Below, in pieces: positions 10,986 to 23,100 of a stretch of 64,000 nt of DNA (position 1 is the stretch's first letter; every line of letters starts with the position of its first letter). The notes under the pieces are model-generated. The model saw only the letters and a list, made by a program, of their open reading frames with translations. It did no database searches and was not told where the DNA came from. The position numbers and the translations under genes were made by a program. Origin of the DNA: Zygnema circumcarinatum SAG 698-1b (Eukaryota; Plantae; Zygnematophyceae); NCBI GenBank assembly GCA_037447605.1, contig CM074804.1:7293909-7357908 (forward strand), in the 5' to 3' direction.

Positions 10986-13900
10986 ATGTCTCTCCGAGCA
11001 CTGCGCGCAGCCCTCCCGCTCTCGCTCTCGCTCGCCCTCGCGCGCCGCTCCGCCGCCGCTCTCCAGGAGACGGCCCGCTGCGGCCCTCAGGCCGCCCGCA
11101 GGGGGCAGCGGGAGGTGTCGACTGCCGGCATGGCGGCGCTCGCAGAAGTGTCGGCGACGCGCATGTTCGGCGGCTTCAACAAGCGGTACCAGCACGAGAG
11201 CGCGGCCGTCGGCTGCTCCATGAGATTCACAGTCTTTTTGCCTCCCGCAGCAGCCACGGAGAAGGTTCCAGTAAGCGCGAAAGCAGCTCATTCTCGGGAT
11301 TTCCTTGCCTTGCCTGTAAATTATTTTAAAGAGGCGCAGGCGCTTTACTAGGCTCTTTTTTTTCGGCTTGATGCAATGTGCATTATGACGGGAAGATAGA
11401 TAGATAGAGCGGATAAAAGAGAGCTGCTGAAGTTCGTGATGGTTTTCATCTGAAGCATTTTTCCCAAAATGATCAAGCATCAACGAAGAAAAAAACTTGA
11501 AATGATGGCGTGCACTTTCGAAATGTACCTATCAACGGTCGTGGGAGTATTATCAGACAGCTGCTCGGAAATGTATATACAAAGTAGAATCGGTACAATC
11601 AAGCAAGCACACCGAAAGATGAGAATGTTGGATTTTTTTGTCGTCGGTTTTGTCCAAACTCTTGAACTGGGCGTTTCGAAAGTGTTTTTTTGAATGCAGC
11701 GTACGATAATGAGCTAGGCAGGATATAGTGTAAATGCATTTTGTGCTTACGACATAAAAATCTTGAATCATGTTAAGAATATTGAAGCACCAGCATTACA
11801 CAAACCCTTCTTGGGCTTGTCACCTACACCTCATGGTCTCTTCACACGTATGTAGATGATTCCAAAGCATAGTGTTCATAAAGGCAAATTTGAGACCTCA
11901 AATCAAACTGTTGATTCAGTTACTGGATTGATTGTGTATAGAGAGAGGTTCGTTTTACAGTTCTGGTTGACTCCTTTGCAGTTGAAGTAACCAATCATTT
12001 TACTTTCGACTGCAGATTGTGTTTTGGCTTTCAGGACTTACCTGCACTGACGAGAATTTCATTCAGAAGTCCGGGGCACAGCGCGCAGCAGCTGAGCATG
12101 GAGTCGCTCTAGTTGCACCAGACACTTCTCCTAGTGGGTATTCCCTTCTACAAAACCATCTTTTATTCTTAAACAAGCAGTTCTGCAGCCTATACATTCT
12201 GGTTAGTGTTGTTCACTTGTATTTTTTTGAAGCATGCTTTTACGCGGATCGGAAACAGCTGATGTTAGAAGCAAGAATTCGTAGTTCAGGGTGTTTATGT
12301 ACATATATGGTCCAATCTGAAGTGAGCTAGTCATCCAAAAGTATTAGGCCACGCATCTCTTCTATTGCTTATTGAATCAAGCACGACTTCTAACGATTGG
12401 ACCAAATCGATCATCTATAGTATAGGAATGAGGATGCCCTTTACTTGTCCTTTGACCGAAGGCATGCGAGTGGCGAACTGATAAATGCCAAACATGTGAA
12501 AATAATGCGCCGTGAGTGCAGGAGGGCTGAACGTGGAGGGGGAAAGCGATAGCTGGGACTTTGGAGTCGGTATGCTAGCTGCTTTAATCGCCAACTTCGC
12601 CCCTGCTAACTTTTCTTGTGTACTTTTTCCTATTCTCTTATTAACGCATTATGCTATATGGTATGCTGAGATCGCCATGCATTTCTCCGTACACCTCCTC
12701 CTTTCCTCCTCCTCCTCCTCCTCCTCCTCCTCCTCCTTTCTCCGTTTCTCCTTTCTCGGATACCGTGGATAGACATGCAAGGAATTTTCATCCTTGTTTG
12801 TTCTGTCAGATTATCTCCTCCTATCCCGCCCAATGATCTCGGTCCTGACTCGTGTGCAGGCGCCGGGTTTTACTTGAACGCAACGCAGCCCAAGTGGAAA
12901 AACTGGCGCATGTATGACTACGTTGTGAAGGAGCTGCCGGAGCTTTTGGCGGCAAATTTGCCGCAGCTCGACAGCACTCGAATGTCCATTATGGGCCACT
13001 CGATGGGGGGCCATGGAGCCCTCACTCTGTTCTTAAGAAACCCGGGAACTTACAAGGTGTGTTATTTGCATAGCTCTCATTGGCCCGCAATTTTCTTGTC
13101 TCAAGTTGTAAAGAGAGAAGGAAAGGGCAAACCGAATCAGGGGGGCGAGTGAATACTTGAGAGGGTCTATAGGGTCCCTGAGTTGGAAAGTCAGCAGTTG
13201 GATTGGACAAAACACTAAAAACCCTAAATGGAGGTTCTGTTATTGGATGGATATGTCTACCGTAGGAAAAACGTTTGAAGGATGCAGGACTCGAAGTCTT
13301 CGAGGGTGACACAAGTAGTCTTTTTCTGTGGCATGCTGCAGTCCGTCTCTGCCTTTGCGCCCATTTCAAATCCCACCATGTGCCCGTGGGGAGAGAAGGC
13401 GTTCGGCGGTTATTTGGGAGAGGATCGCTCGGCATGGGCGGTAGGCTCCAGAACTTAGTTGCTTCATGGAACTTTGTGGGTTTTTTTCCTTGACGGAATG
13501 AGCAGTTTCTCATCTTGAAAAGCAATGGTTGTTTGGCAGAGCAACGACGCAACGGAGCTAGTGAAACAATATAAGGGACCCATACCTCCTGAAATTTTGA
13601 TCGATCAGGTGAGCTGGAGGGGCAACTCCACCTATAGCATGCAGAAATTGAGGTACTCTGTAAATGTCAGCTGCAGTCAGTAGGTACTCCAAAAGGTATC
13701 TCCCTCCTTTCAAATACAGAGACGCTTTTATTGGATATTTCAGGCTTTGATTGCCTGCCTTCAGACAAGATGCTAGCAGTCCTGTCTGTATGCTGGACAG
13801 CTTCTTACAAACGTGGGCCTGCATTGTGCTGGCAGGGTGACAAAGACAACTTCTATCACCAGAAGCAACTGCTGCCCGAAAATTTTGTAGAGGCCAGCAG

Positions 13901-14018
13901 GTCAGCCGGAGTGCCTGTCAACCTGAGGCTTCAGGAAGGCTACGACCATTCCTACTTCTTCATTGCGACCTTCATAGCCGACCATGTGGCCCTTCACGCC
14001 AAAGCGCTGAAGGCTTAG
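10986..14018 (+). CDS. SFGH: S-formylglutathione hydrolase (esterase D); conserved start at 11130, optional in-frame start at 10986
   Basis: Exons 11130..11270, 12016..12133, 12522..12569, 12860..13056, 13342..13440, 13540..13608, 13836..14018. Motifs WLSGLTC, PDTSPRG, nucleophile GHSMGG, SAFAPI and GYDHSYFF. Confidence 0.96.
12705..12737 (+). repeat. (CCT)11 microsatellite in SFGH intron 3
   Basis: Read directly from the sequence. Confidence 0.9.
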
Positions 14019-14308
14019 CTGTGCGACGCGGCATCATCGTAAGCCGAACTGGAATAATGGGGCGCCCTCGTTTCCAAGCGTTGATGGATAGAACTTGCCC
14101 CCTAAAAACCCCCAAAACCCTTTCATATGGGAGCCATTGTGCACCTCCTCCACTCGTGCTGGTTGGGCTCTAGCACAGTCCCACAATCAGATGCTTGCTT
14201 GCCGATGTTACAATGCGTTCACACCGATACAATGTTCATTGCTCAGACCGTGAGACCCTGCGCCTGATCTATGCTGAATGCACACAATGCTGCATGGTGG
14301 GAAAGATC

Positions 14309-14401
14309 AGTGGCGTTGATCTCACGATGGCGAGGCCATCATCTGTATATTGACAAAAGCAGAATGGGGAACCACGAGGAACTATTGGTCGCAACGGACC
14401 T
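14309..14401 (+). repeat. Dispersed bipartite element, copy 2 (see 2140..2238)
   Basis: Same orientation and the same two conserved blocks as copy 1. Confidence 0.85.
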
Positions 14402-14493
14402 GCGCTACTTTGCATGCATGCCTTCACCGTAGACCAGCGCCGGCAATGGCTCGGCCCGGATCGGCTCGGCTCACGTTCGGCCAGCAGTTGCTC

Positions 14494-14585
14494 GAGCCAG
14501 ATCTGGATCGGCTTGGCTCGGCTCCTTGCCCGCCGGCCCGAGCCAACTCGGCCCCCCCTGGAGGCAAGCGGCCCAGATCTGGCTC
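14494..14585. repeat. Imperfect fold-back with GGCTCG/CGAGCC-rich motifs; possible MITE relic
   Basis: GAGCCAGATCTGG (14494..14506) is the exact reverse complement of CCAGATCTGGCTC (14573..14585). Multiple GGCTC/GAGCC units lie between 14448 and 14596. Confidence 0.5.
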
Positions 14586-14757
14586 CAGGCCGAGCCCGTG
14601 CCGGAGTTGACTCGCGCCGCGTTGCGTGCCCGCGACGTACCCTGCGGACCACGGGGGAGACCCCGCCCAATCACGTCGCGCCACCCGCTTCACGACAAAT
14701 AACTTGACCAACGGCCCGCGGCCCTGAACCCCGAGGGGACCAGTCCCACTCGGCGGA

Positions 14758-14893
14758 TTACGTCAGCGGTCTGTCCGCGCCGCTAAACGACAGACAATTA
14801 CGTCATGCCAATATCTTCATTTTGCGCGGGTGCCTCTCGGTTCGCGTTGGTTGACGTCAGCAAGCTGCAGTTTTTTCGCGGCGAACTGACGTA
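14758..14893. promoter_or_regulatory. Cluster of four TGACGT (as-1/C-box-like bZIP) sites upstream of BCAT
   Basis: TTACGTCA at 14758 and 14798 (40 bp apart), TGACGTCA at 14852 and TGACGTA at 14887. Confidence 0.5.
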
Positions 14894-15098
14894 CCCTAAA
14901 AACCCACTCTCTGCCTGCGCCCCCCTGCACCGCTGCAGTACATAGGCGCCTGCTGCCTGCGGGAAGGGAGAGGTAGAGTGAGGGAGGGAGAGAGGGAAAG
15001 CGAGGGAGGAAAGAGGGAGAGGGAGGGAGAGAGGGAGGGAGGGAGAGGAAGAGAGAGGAGGAGAGGGACCAAAGGCCTGCAGCGTTGCGCAGGCAGCC

Positions 15099-18000
15099 AT
15101 GGCGCTCCGCCTGAACGCGCAGACGGGTCTGCTGCGCTCCTCGCTGCACTCCGCTCCTCCCCCCGCCGGCAGCTGCACGTGCCTGCAGCTCGGCAAGGGC
15201 GCGGGCTCGTCAGCGGGCTTGTTCTTGAAGCTCGGATATCAGGGAGGGCGAGGCAGAGCATGCAGAGGAGCGAGGCTGCAAGTAGGTCGGGATGGTGCTT
15301 GTCTGTGAGATGCTTTTCATTCTGTTTCTCTCGGACTAGTGCAGGTTGATTCTGGGGATGCCTTCGTCCATGCAGACGGCAGAAGGTTCATTGTTGAAAC
15401 GAAGTGTTTAGAGGGCAATTGGTGCAGTGATTTGCTTTGAAAAAAAAGGAATAGGAAGCATTTAATTGCCCAACCTTCGGTGTTGATATCGTGACCCTGA
15501 AATTACCGTAGTCGATGGAAAAATTGTTGCTGAGTAGCTAAGCTAAGCCTGTCTTACGGGGCTTACAGGAGTCAGCAACTCATCAGCGGTTGGCGATCAA
15601 TGCAACTGCATTGCAGCCTGTCAGGTGAGCATTTTGGTCGACGCAGTCTGACATACATGTGGTATTTCTGAAGAGTTAGAAGGCTTGCAGAGGCCAGGAG
15701 ACGAGTCAGTTAGTCAGGAGATTTCCCCTACTTGCTTGGAAGGAGCTCGGGATATTCAAATGTCATTCACTGGCCTGTACTGTTTTTACTTGTGCGTTTG
15801 GCAGCATTTTACACTCTGCCCTCCTCTCTTACTATAGTCTGCCGTGCATCTTAGCTGCTTCTGCTTCTGTTGTGAAGGTTATATGTTCCCAAAGAGGCAC
15901 TAGTATACCTTTTCAAATATGTTTGCTGGTTTATACTGAAACCCTGCTACTCGCTAACGGAGTCTATTGCTTTGCGTTGGGGAGGGTGATTGCAGCACCG
16001 ATGCAGAAGCCCCAGTGGATATGGACTGGGAGGATATTGGGTTTGGCCTTCGTGAGACAGATTTTATGTATATCATGAAATGTAAAATTGGGGAGGACTG
16101 GCAGAAAGGGGAATTACAGCCTTTTGGCAACTTGGAGCTCAGCCCTTCTGCTTGTGTGTTAAATTACGGCCAGGTGCCACGCGGCCCTCTCTCCTTTCCT
16201 CTCTCTCTCTCTGGATTCAGCATTTGGACAGGCTTTGCCCTTGTAGCCCTAGTCTTCATATGTTGTTAGGGAGAATCGTGTACTGATTCACTGATTGAAG
16301 CGTTTCTTATGCGAACTTCAGACAGCGTTCGCATCTCACGTTTGTGCAGCCACGACAATGGCTTCTAACTGCAGTTTTGGGAATGGCACAGGGCTGTTTT
16401 GAGGGCCTGAAGGCGTATCGTACGGTGGATGGGCGCATTCTATTGTTCCGCCCACAGGAGAATGCTCTGCGCATGATTCAAAGTGCCGATCGCTTAAGCA
16501 TGCCCGCACCCGCTGTGGACACTTTCGTGACCGCGGTGAAGCAGACTGTGGCTGCAAATAAGCGTTGGGTAAGGTCAATATATCCTTTCCTTTCGCTTTT
16601 GCCAGAGGCAGCAGAGGCGTGCGCAAGGAGGATTCGCAGTTATAGAGTTGGCTGCTTGGTCAGCCTCTCAAATCAAGCATGCATGCAGAAAAAAATCGTC
16701 AACGAGCGTTTATGTTTCACTTTACAGCTGAAAGAGGTCGCCTGTTGTTGGGATTTGATATCAGGTGCCCCCTCCAGGCAAAGGCTCTCTCTATATACGT
16801 CCACTACTCATTGGTTCTGGCGCCATTCTTGGTCTCGGACCGTCTCCAGAATACACTTTTATCGTATATGTCTCTCCTGTTGGCAACTACTTCAAGGTCT
16901 GCTCATTACCTTCGTTGTGCATATTTCTGATGTGACCAACGCAAAACTCGTTAGTTTGTCGCCTTCAAGCCTTTGTTCCTTGTCCACTTTTCACGTAACA
17001 CAAAAGAGGCATGCATACAAGGGCTGGGAGCTGCATTGACCAATTAACCATAGGTTGCACTCAGGAGGTTATTTCTGAACTGCTGATTAGTGTTCATAGT
17101 TCAGAAGCCCTTTATTTGGAGTAGTTTCAGTTCAGAGCACATTCCTTGGTCAATTTCGGGGTAAATAAGAAGATAATTACTGATCTAATATCAAACAATA
17201 GTTTCTTCAACAGGAAATCGCATGGCTCCCTTGCTCAAGCAGTGGATAGGTCTAATTTTGATTCTTTAGATGGGATGGAGGAGCAAATGCAGGGAGGTCA
17301 GCTCACACCTCTTAAACTTAAGGTGGAGGAGAAGTATCACCGAGCAGCACCTGGAGGCACTGGCGCTGCCAAAGTCATTGGAAACTACTCTCCTGTAAGG
17401 GCAATACCCGTTGCTAGGCCGCCCTGTAAAGGACAGGACTGGGTACCCTTGGTTGTAGTTTGCGTGCTACAATGCTACGGTTGGTTATTGTTTTGAAGGA
17501 CAATCAGGCTGCCATTAGATGTGCTGACTCGGTGTGACTTGGTCGTAAGCATGCAGTGTAGGGGCTTGATTTGGCCCTAGGACCTATGTTTTTGATACTT
17601 CTTGAGATAAAGCATCATGGAAACCCTTGCACTCAGTTGTTGTATTCATTGTATGGCCAGAAATTCTCTGTTTTTACTTTACAGTTAGAGGACCTATCTT
17701 GAATTGAGTCATCTAGTGTTTCGAATAGCACTTATTCATACCGTCTGACTCCCATTGTTGTCGCCTTCTGGCTTTGAAATCATGCATCTTGAAGAAGTGG
17801 CCCACCCAGAATAGTAGTGGCGGACAGTTGCATAGATTCCCATGTCTGAAAAATCCTTTGATCGAGCATTTTGAACCGACATGCACGTGACTCTTAATCG
17901 CAGGTTTTGAAGACACAACTAGAAGCAAAGTCTGTTGGATTTTCTGACGTGGTCTATCTCGATGCGGTGGAAAATAAGTACATCGAGGAGGTCTCTTCCT

Positions 18001-18986
18001 GCAATATATTTGTTATCAAGGTATGACTGAATTCTTCTGTTTTTTAATATGGAGAATAAGACTACAGGGCGATTGCTGTTCGTTTCCATGCCTAATCATT
18101 CCTTTGCGTCTTTACCTCTTTTATGCTCGCGGTTTCTCTCTTGTGTCCTCTGACCGATTTTGCGTGAATCATTATACGCATTATGGAGTTGAATGGGTCT
18201 CTGGGATAGTGTGTGGAATCAGGGTAATGTCATCTCCACTCCCGAACTGAGGGGAACTATTCTCCCTGGAATCACGCGCAAGAGTATTATCGAGCTCGCT
18301 CGGACTCTTGGGTATGAAGTAAGTTTGCACCTCGTCCTCTGGCTACAACTAAAAGGGGTTGGTAATGGTTGACATTGCAAGATTAGCACCTATCATATAT
18401 ATAGAACTATCCGAATGTACTCTGGAATATCCCTGAGTATACTATTGCTTGTGAACCAGCTTATTCTGTCATGTTCACCTTCTCTGCTTATGTCGCATTT
18501 GATGTGCGAATGTATGGCTGCAGGTGAACGAGAGGCCAGTGGCTGTTCAGGAGCTTCTAGCAGCAGATGAGGTGTTCTGTACCGGTACAGCGGTGGTGGT
18601 TTCCCCTGTTGGCTCAATCACATTCCGCAACGAAGAGTGAGTTGCTCCAGATGTCTAGCATTTCCTGACACCTATTGTTTGTCAGCAAGAGGGGGAAAAA
18701 CTTTTTTTTTCAGAAAGGATTTACTTTTCATTCCTCACGCACAATGCAGAAACTTCAGATAAACTTCCATCATTCGTCGTCTTGTTTAAGGATCTCGAGT
18801 CTTTGAAGGGTTTGGCTGTCGTTGCCTAATCGTATACTCTGTGAATGTATGTGCATGGCACATTTCAGGACGAAGTACCATGGGGGAGAGGTCGGCCGAA
18901 TATCTCAACAGCTGTATACAGCGCTGACCGAGATGCAAATGGGCAAGTCGGCCGACTCCCTTGGATGGACGTCCGAAGTGCTGTAA
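15099..18986 (+). CDS. BCAT: Branched-chain amino acid aminotransferase, probably plastid-targeted
   Basis: Ser/Ala/Arg-rich transit-like exon 1 from ATG 15099, then [14 protein letters not shown]|[36 protein letters not shown] (PLP lysine), [18 protein letters not shown] and EVFCTGTA, ending LGWTSEVL* at 18986. Confidence 0.95.
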
Positions 18987-20142
18987 GCCATTTGATGAAT
19001 AATGAATGGGCCAAAAACCTTGCTGGGGGTTGAAAATTATTCCTGCCGCACTTGCACTCGTGAGGGGGAACGAAGCTCCATACAGCCTGTTGCTGTTGCC
19101 TTCATGTCTTGGGTGGAAGTAGCGATTAAAAATATCAGGCCATAGGCCGCATTTAACCTGGGAGGGTCACTCTCTATTCAGGCAAGTTTCACGTGTAGTG
19201 GAAACTTGGGATTGTTTCTCCCGTCCCATACGTAGAGCAGGGGAGGGGGAGGGGCTGAGGGTTGCTACAGTCTCACACCCCTATTTGGCAGAAAGTCATC
19301 GCGGGGTTCAGAGAGCATTTGTGGATACAACCCTTTTTGCAAACCTCTCACTCATTTGCCATTTCTTACCAAGGGAAAGGCACCCTTCGTATGTCTGTTT
19401 CTGTTTGGAGTTTCTTGCGTGTGGCACTGCCAAATGTCTGGTCTCACTTGGAGGGTGTAGATGTTTTCAAGCTGACCCCCACTTGTCCTCAAACTGAGCA
19501 ATGTCAGAGAATTGAGGTAGAAAATTCGAATACTTTCGGACGAAGAATATTCGCCAGGTTAACTTGAATACATGTTTGGAAACAGGACAATGTGGTGGAG
19601 CATTGCAGCCTCACACCGGCAAATCTGCCTCAAAAAGCATTCCAATTCTCACAAGTGTACATTTGAAGCAGAAAGTTCCCATGCATGGATATGCAAATAT
19701 ATGCGATCTGCATTAGCAACAGAGCATTCCTTTTTAAGGAAACACACAAACTAAAATTTCCCCAAAATCACTTTTCTCGCCTAAACAGCTTCCGCCCTTC
19801 GCCCCTCTCCCCCCTGTTCATGTTCCCGGCTTCACCAGGGCAGAGGGCGGCAGTTCCTCATCCACAGAATGAGAGAAAGGTGAAGCACGCAACCAGCCAT
19901 AGGCTCTTTCGCCTCAAAAACTCGTCGTCGGCTCACACTGCAGAGGAAAAGTCCAACTAAATATAGGCAATTCCCGAACTTGCCAGCTATGGACGGACAG
20001 TGGCTTGGCCCGCAAGTGAAGGCATCAGCGCCGCAGTCCATCAAAAAACCCTGGTTTTGGCTGCCCTCTAATTGGGACGAGAAACAAAATGCCAACACAG
20101 AGCAGTCGCCCCCACAAAAAAGCGCTTATGGAGGGTCCTCTA

Positions 20143-23100
20143 CTATTTGCCATCAAGCAGGGAGTCAATGTCATCCCCGCGCCTCACGTCCACCTCGTTG
20201 AGTGTATTTGCCACTCGGTTCAGCTGGCGGCTTACCAGCTTTTCATATACTCCGTTGGCTGCACAGGCGAAACCGTTCATAACTGACTTTAGTAAGCTCC
20301 TCCTCATTGCTGAAAATGAACTTCTCTTTAAGAAAGACAAACATTAGCATCAGAAATGCATGCTCTAAAGAAAACTTAAGATCCTAAAATTCAAGCCGCG
20401 TTTTCCACTTGACTACCCGAATAAAGTCCTTGCACGAACATTGCAGGCTTTGTAGTACGTCGTGACAGAATGTCAACACTTCAGAACATCTGGGAGACGG
20501 AGAAAGAGAGAGAGAAGAGTCGAACGACAGAAAGAGAGAAACAATGACAGTTGAATGTCTTGAATTTCCAGGAGGAAAGAGGAGCATCCGCTTACAGATT
20601 TGAAGCAGTTGTTCATGCGTCCCTTGCTCCACTACGGTGCCCTTCTCTATGACTGCAATAAGATTTGCATTCCGGACTGTGGACAGGCGGTGGGCTACCA
20701 GCACCACTGTCCTCCCCCCCTCCTGCAGAAGCCGATCCAACGCTGCTTGAACGAGAGCCTCACTCTCTGTGTCTAAAGACGAGGTGGCTTCGTCGAGGAG
20801 AAGGACCTTCGGACGACGAAGCAGCATGCGGGCAATTGCAATTCTCTGCAGTCCATAGACAAACGAAGAGATCCAAAGTAAAGCTTCAGGTTGAGTACAC
20901 TCTATAAAATCGTCACTTCGAATCTACTGTGAGTCACTTTGAAAACGTTTTCACGAGAGATGAAGTAATAGGAATAGCCAAAGAAGAGCTCAGAAGAAAA
21001 GGAATACGGGTTCGGAGGGGACAGAAAGGTTATGGAACGATCCTGGCCAGATAATCACTGAAGCCCTTTGTGCGCTGCTGGACCAATGCCATAATTTGAC
21101 ATCATATCGAGTACAGACAACTAAGCACTGAGATCAGCCAAGCCTACAAGACTCACAAAGGAGCGAGACTGGAATGAAAAAAAAAAAAAAAATGAAAGAT
21201 AATTAAATGGAAAAATGGAAAGGCAGGGGAGGAAAGTGATCAGCAGAACTTGGCTGCAGCATATGCTACCCTCGGTTTTTTCTTTTTAAACACCCTTATA
21301 AAGAACTAATTCTGTACTCTATACTGAAGTAGTCATTCTAAACATGTCGAATGACCTACCTGCCGTTGTCCTCCTGAAAGGCGCACACCTCGTTCTCCCA
21401 CACGTGTGGCATAGCCTTCAGGAAATTGCATGATGAAATCGTGGGCATTTGCATACCTGCATGGGCCAACCCACAGAATGAATCAATTCAATTCATGCAA
21501 TGAACTCCGTCAAACTTTGAAACCCTTCAGATACCTTTCACACACGAAACTGAGCCATGCTCTATGCTATGCCAGTCCAGCACCAATCCAATCCTTTGAC
21601 TACCTTCAACGAGAAATCTCAAATAAGATCACACCTTGCAGCATGTTCGAGCTCCGCTTTTGTGTAGCTTTCGATGCCATATGTGATGTTATCCTCAATA
21701 CTGGTTGCCCAAAGCTGAGTGTCTTGAGCCACCAGACCCATGTGGCGATGGACCGATTTCAGATTGAGGTCCCTTAGATCTACTCCGTCCAACAGAATGC
21801 GTCCCTTCACCGGATCATAGAACCGCATGAGCAAATGAACTATGGTGGATTTCCCTCCCCCGCTTCGCCCCACAAGAGCGCAAACTTGCCCTTCTCCGAT
21901 TGTGAGGTTGATGCCTGCAAGGACTGTGTGCTCGGGTCGCATTTGATAGTAGAAATGGACATCGGCCATTCTCATGTTTCCTCGGAGAGTGGAGACCTGT
22001 CAGATCGAGCAATTCAGACCAGACAAAATGAAAAAGAGCACGAGCGGCCAAAAACTGAACAGAACTACGTTACTCTCAGAATAGCACAGACACAAATGTA
22101 AGCATGCTGTCAATAACACGTAGACATGCATCCATCCGTGAGAAAGATCCTCAGGTTCACAGCAAAAACAGAGGTATTACCCTACAAATCTTTGCTTAAG
22201 ACTTGCTCAGCAAAATACAGCTCAGCGACAGCAGCAGAAGAGAGCAGCAGCCAAAGCTCATAGTCCCTTTCCAACTTTCCACTCCTTCGAACCCCCCCTC
22301 CCCTCCCCTCCCCTGCCCCCTCCCCCCTCTCCTCCACCTTTTCCCATTCATCGATCTCTACAGCCCAAAAATGGAGCTCACCTTTGTGCCCGCATCGGGG
22401 TCGATGTCAGGCAACGCATCGATGAGGGTGAGGACCCGCTGAGCTGCTCCGGAAGCCCTTGTGAGAGACATGAGTACGGACATTATGCTCTGATAGCCCG
22501 ACTGTATCAGATTCCAATACAGCTGGAAGGTGATAAGCTGCCCGAGGGATAGGCGGTTTTCCATCACCAGCACACCTCCATACCTGCACAGCAGCATCGT
22601 CATCTCTATCTCAGAATTCACTATCATAGCAGAGCTGCCACTGAAAAAGCGAAGGCACTTGAGAAAGGATGAGTAAGGGATGCTGAAAGAAAGAAGATGA
22701 ATTTCAAGCATGAAATTTAATGCATGTAATCTCGTGTGTGAGAGTGGAAAGGAGAGGAGCTCACCAGAGGATGAGGACGGAAGCCCCGAGGTCTAACCAA
22801 TTGTTGACTGCCACTGTCCCCGAGTATGCGAATGCATCCCTTACCCCCTGCTTCATTGCCCCCATCGTGTTGGACTCATAGCGCTGCGTCTCTACTGTCT
22901 CGGTGGAGAAGGCTCGCACTGTCCTAATGTTGCCCAAAGCTTCGGATGCCGCGGAGTTTGCCTCTGCCAAAACCTGCAATTTCGAGAAAAAAAAAAAAAA
23001 AAAAAAAAAAACACAACAAAAGTTAGAAGGTCGAAATAAGCACCAAAAATTTCACAACCATTCATCAACCAGCCAATGGTCCCCGCACAAAGCGAAGCAG

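Noticed and set aside
14178-14192. GTCCCACAATC resembling the plant snRNA USE upstream of the second bipartite element
   Set aside because: There is no TATA at the expected distance, it is ~120 nt too far from the element, and no equivalent precedes copy 1.
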